This document shows, in pieces, positions 63,838-64,000 of a stretch of DNA of 64,000 nucleotides; position 1 is the first letter of the stretch, and each line of letters begins with the position of its first letter. The notes under the pieces are model-generated. The model was given only the letters and a program-made list of their open reading frames with translations, was not told where the DNA came from and made no database searches. The position numbers and the translations under genes are program-made. The DNA comes from Octopus sinensis (lineage: Eukaryota): NCBI RefSeq assembly GCF_006345805.1, contig NC_042999.1:161696001-161760000 (forward strand), in the 5' to 3' direction.

Positions 63838-64000
63838 TATATATATATATGTATATATGTGTATATATATACATATACATATATACATATATATATATAT
63901 ATACATATGTATATATGTGTATATACATATATACATATATATAAATATATATATATATATATACATACATATATATAAATATATATATATATATATACAT
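63838..64000. repeat. Compound (TA)n/(TACA)n microsatellite
   Basis: Direct inspection. Confidence 0.97.

Overview
AT-rich, microsatellite-laden animal genomic DNA. The repeat families suggest an octopus (inferred from recall, not verified). One host gene is supported: a plus-strand TPR-repeat gene resembling TTC16, with six coding exons between ~31.7 kb and 61.7 kb. Its splice phases are mutually compatible, it continues beyond the window, and an RFX X-box lies at ~24.9 kb. The rest is transposon-derived: three tRNA-derived SINE families (~25 copies), RTE-clade LINE fragments (one 3.1-kb decayed copy), non-autonomous Helitrons, piggyBac/hAT/TA-type MITEs, a decayed Tc1/mariner transposase, a solo LTR and Penelope-like remnants. 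The most notable signal is five hammerhead-ribozyme-like motifs in four unrelated short repeat families, one with an intact catalytic core at 21315-21377 (-) inside a partial-tandem plus inverted-repeat unit. Several near-perfect fold-back hairpins and two unusual Helitron structures also occur. No prokaryotic system or CRISPR array is present.
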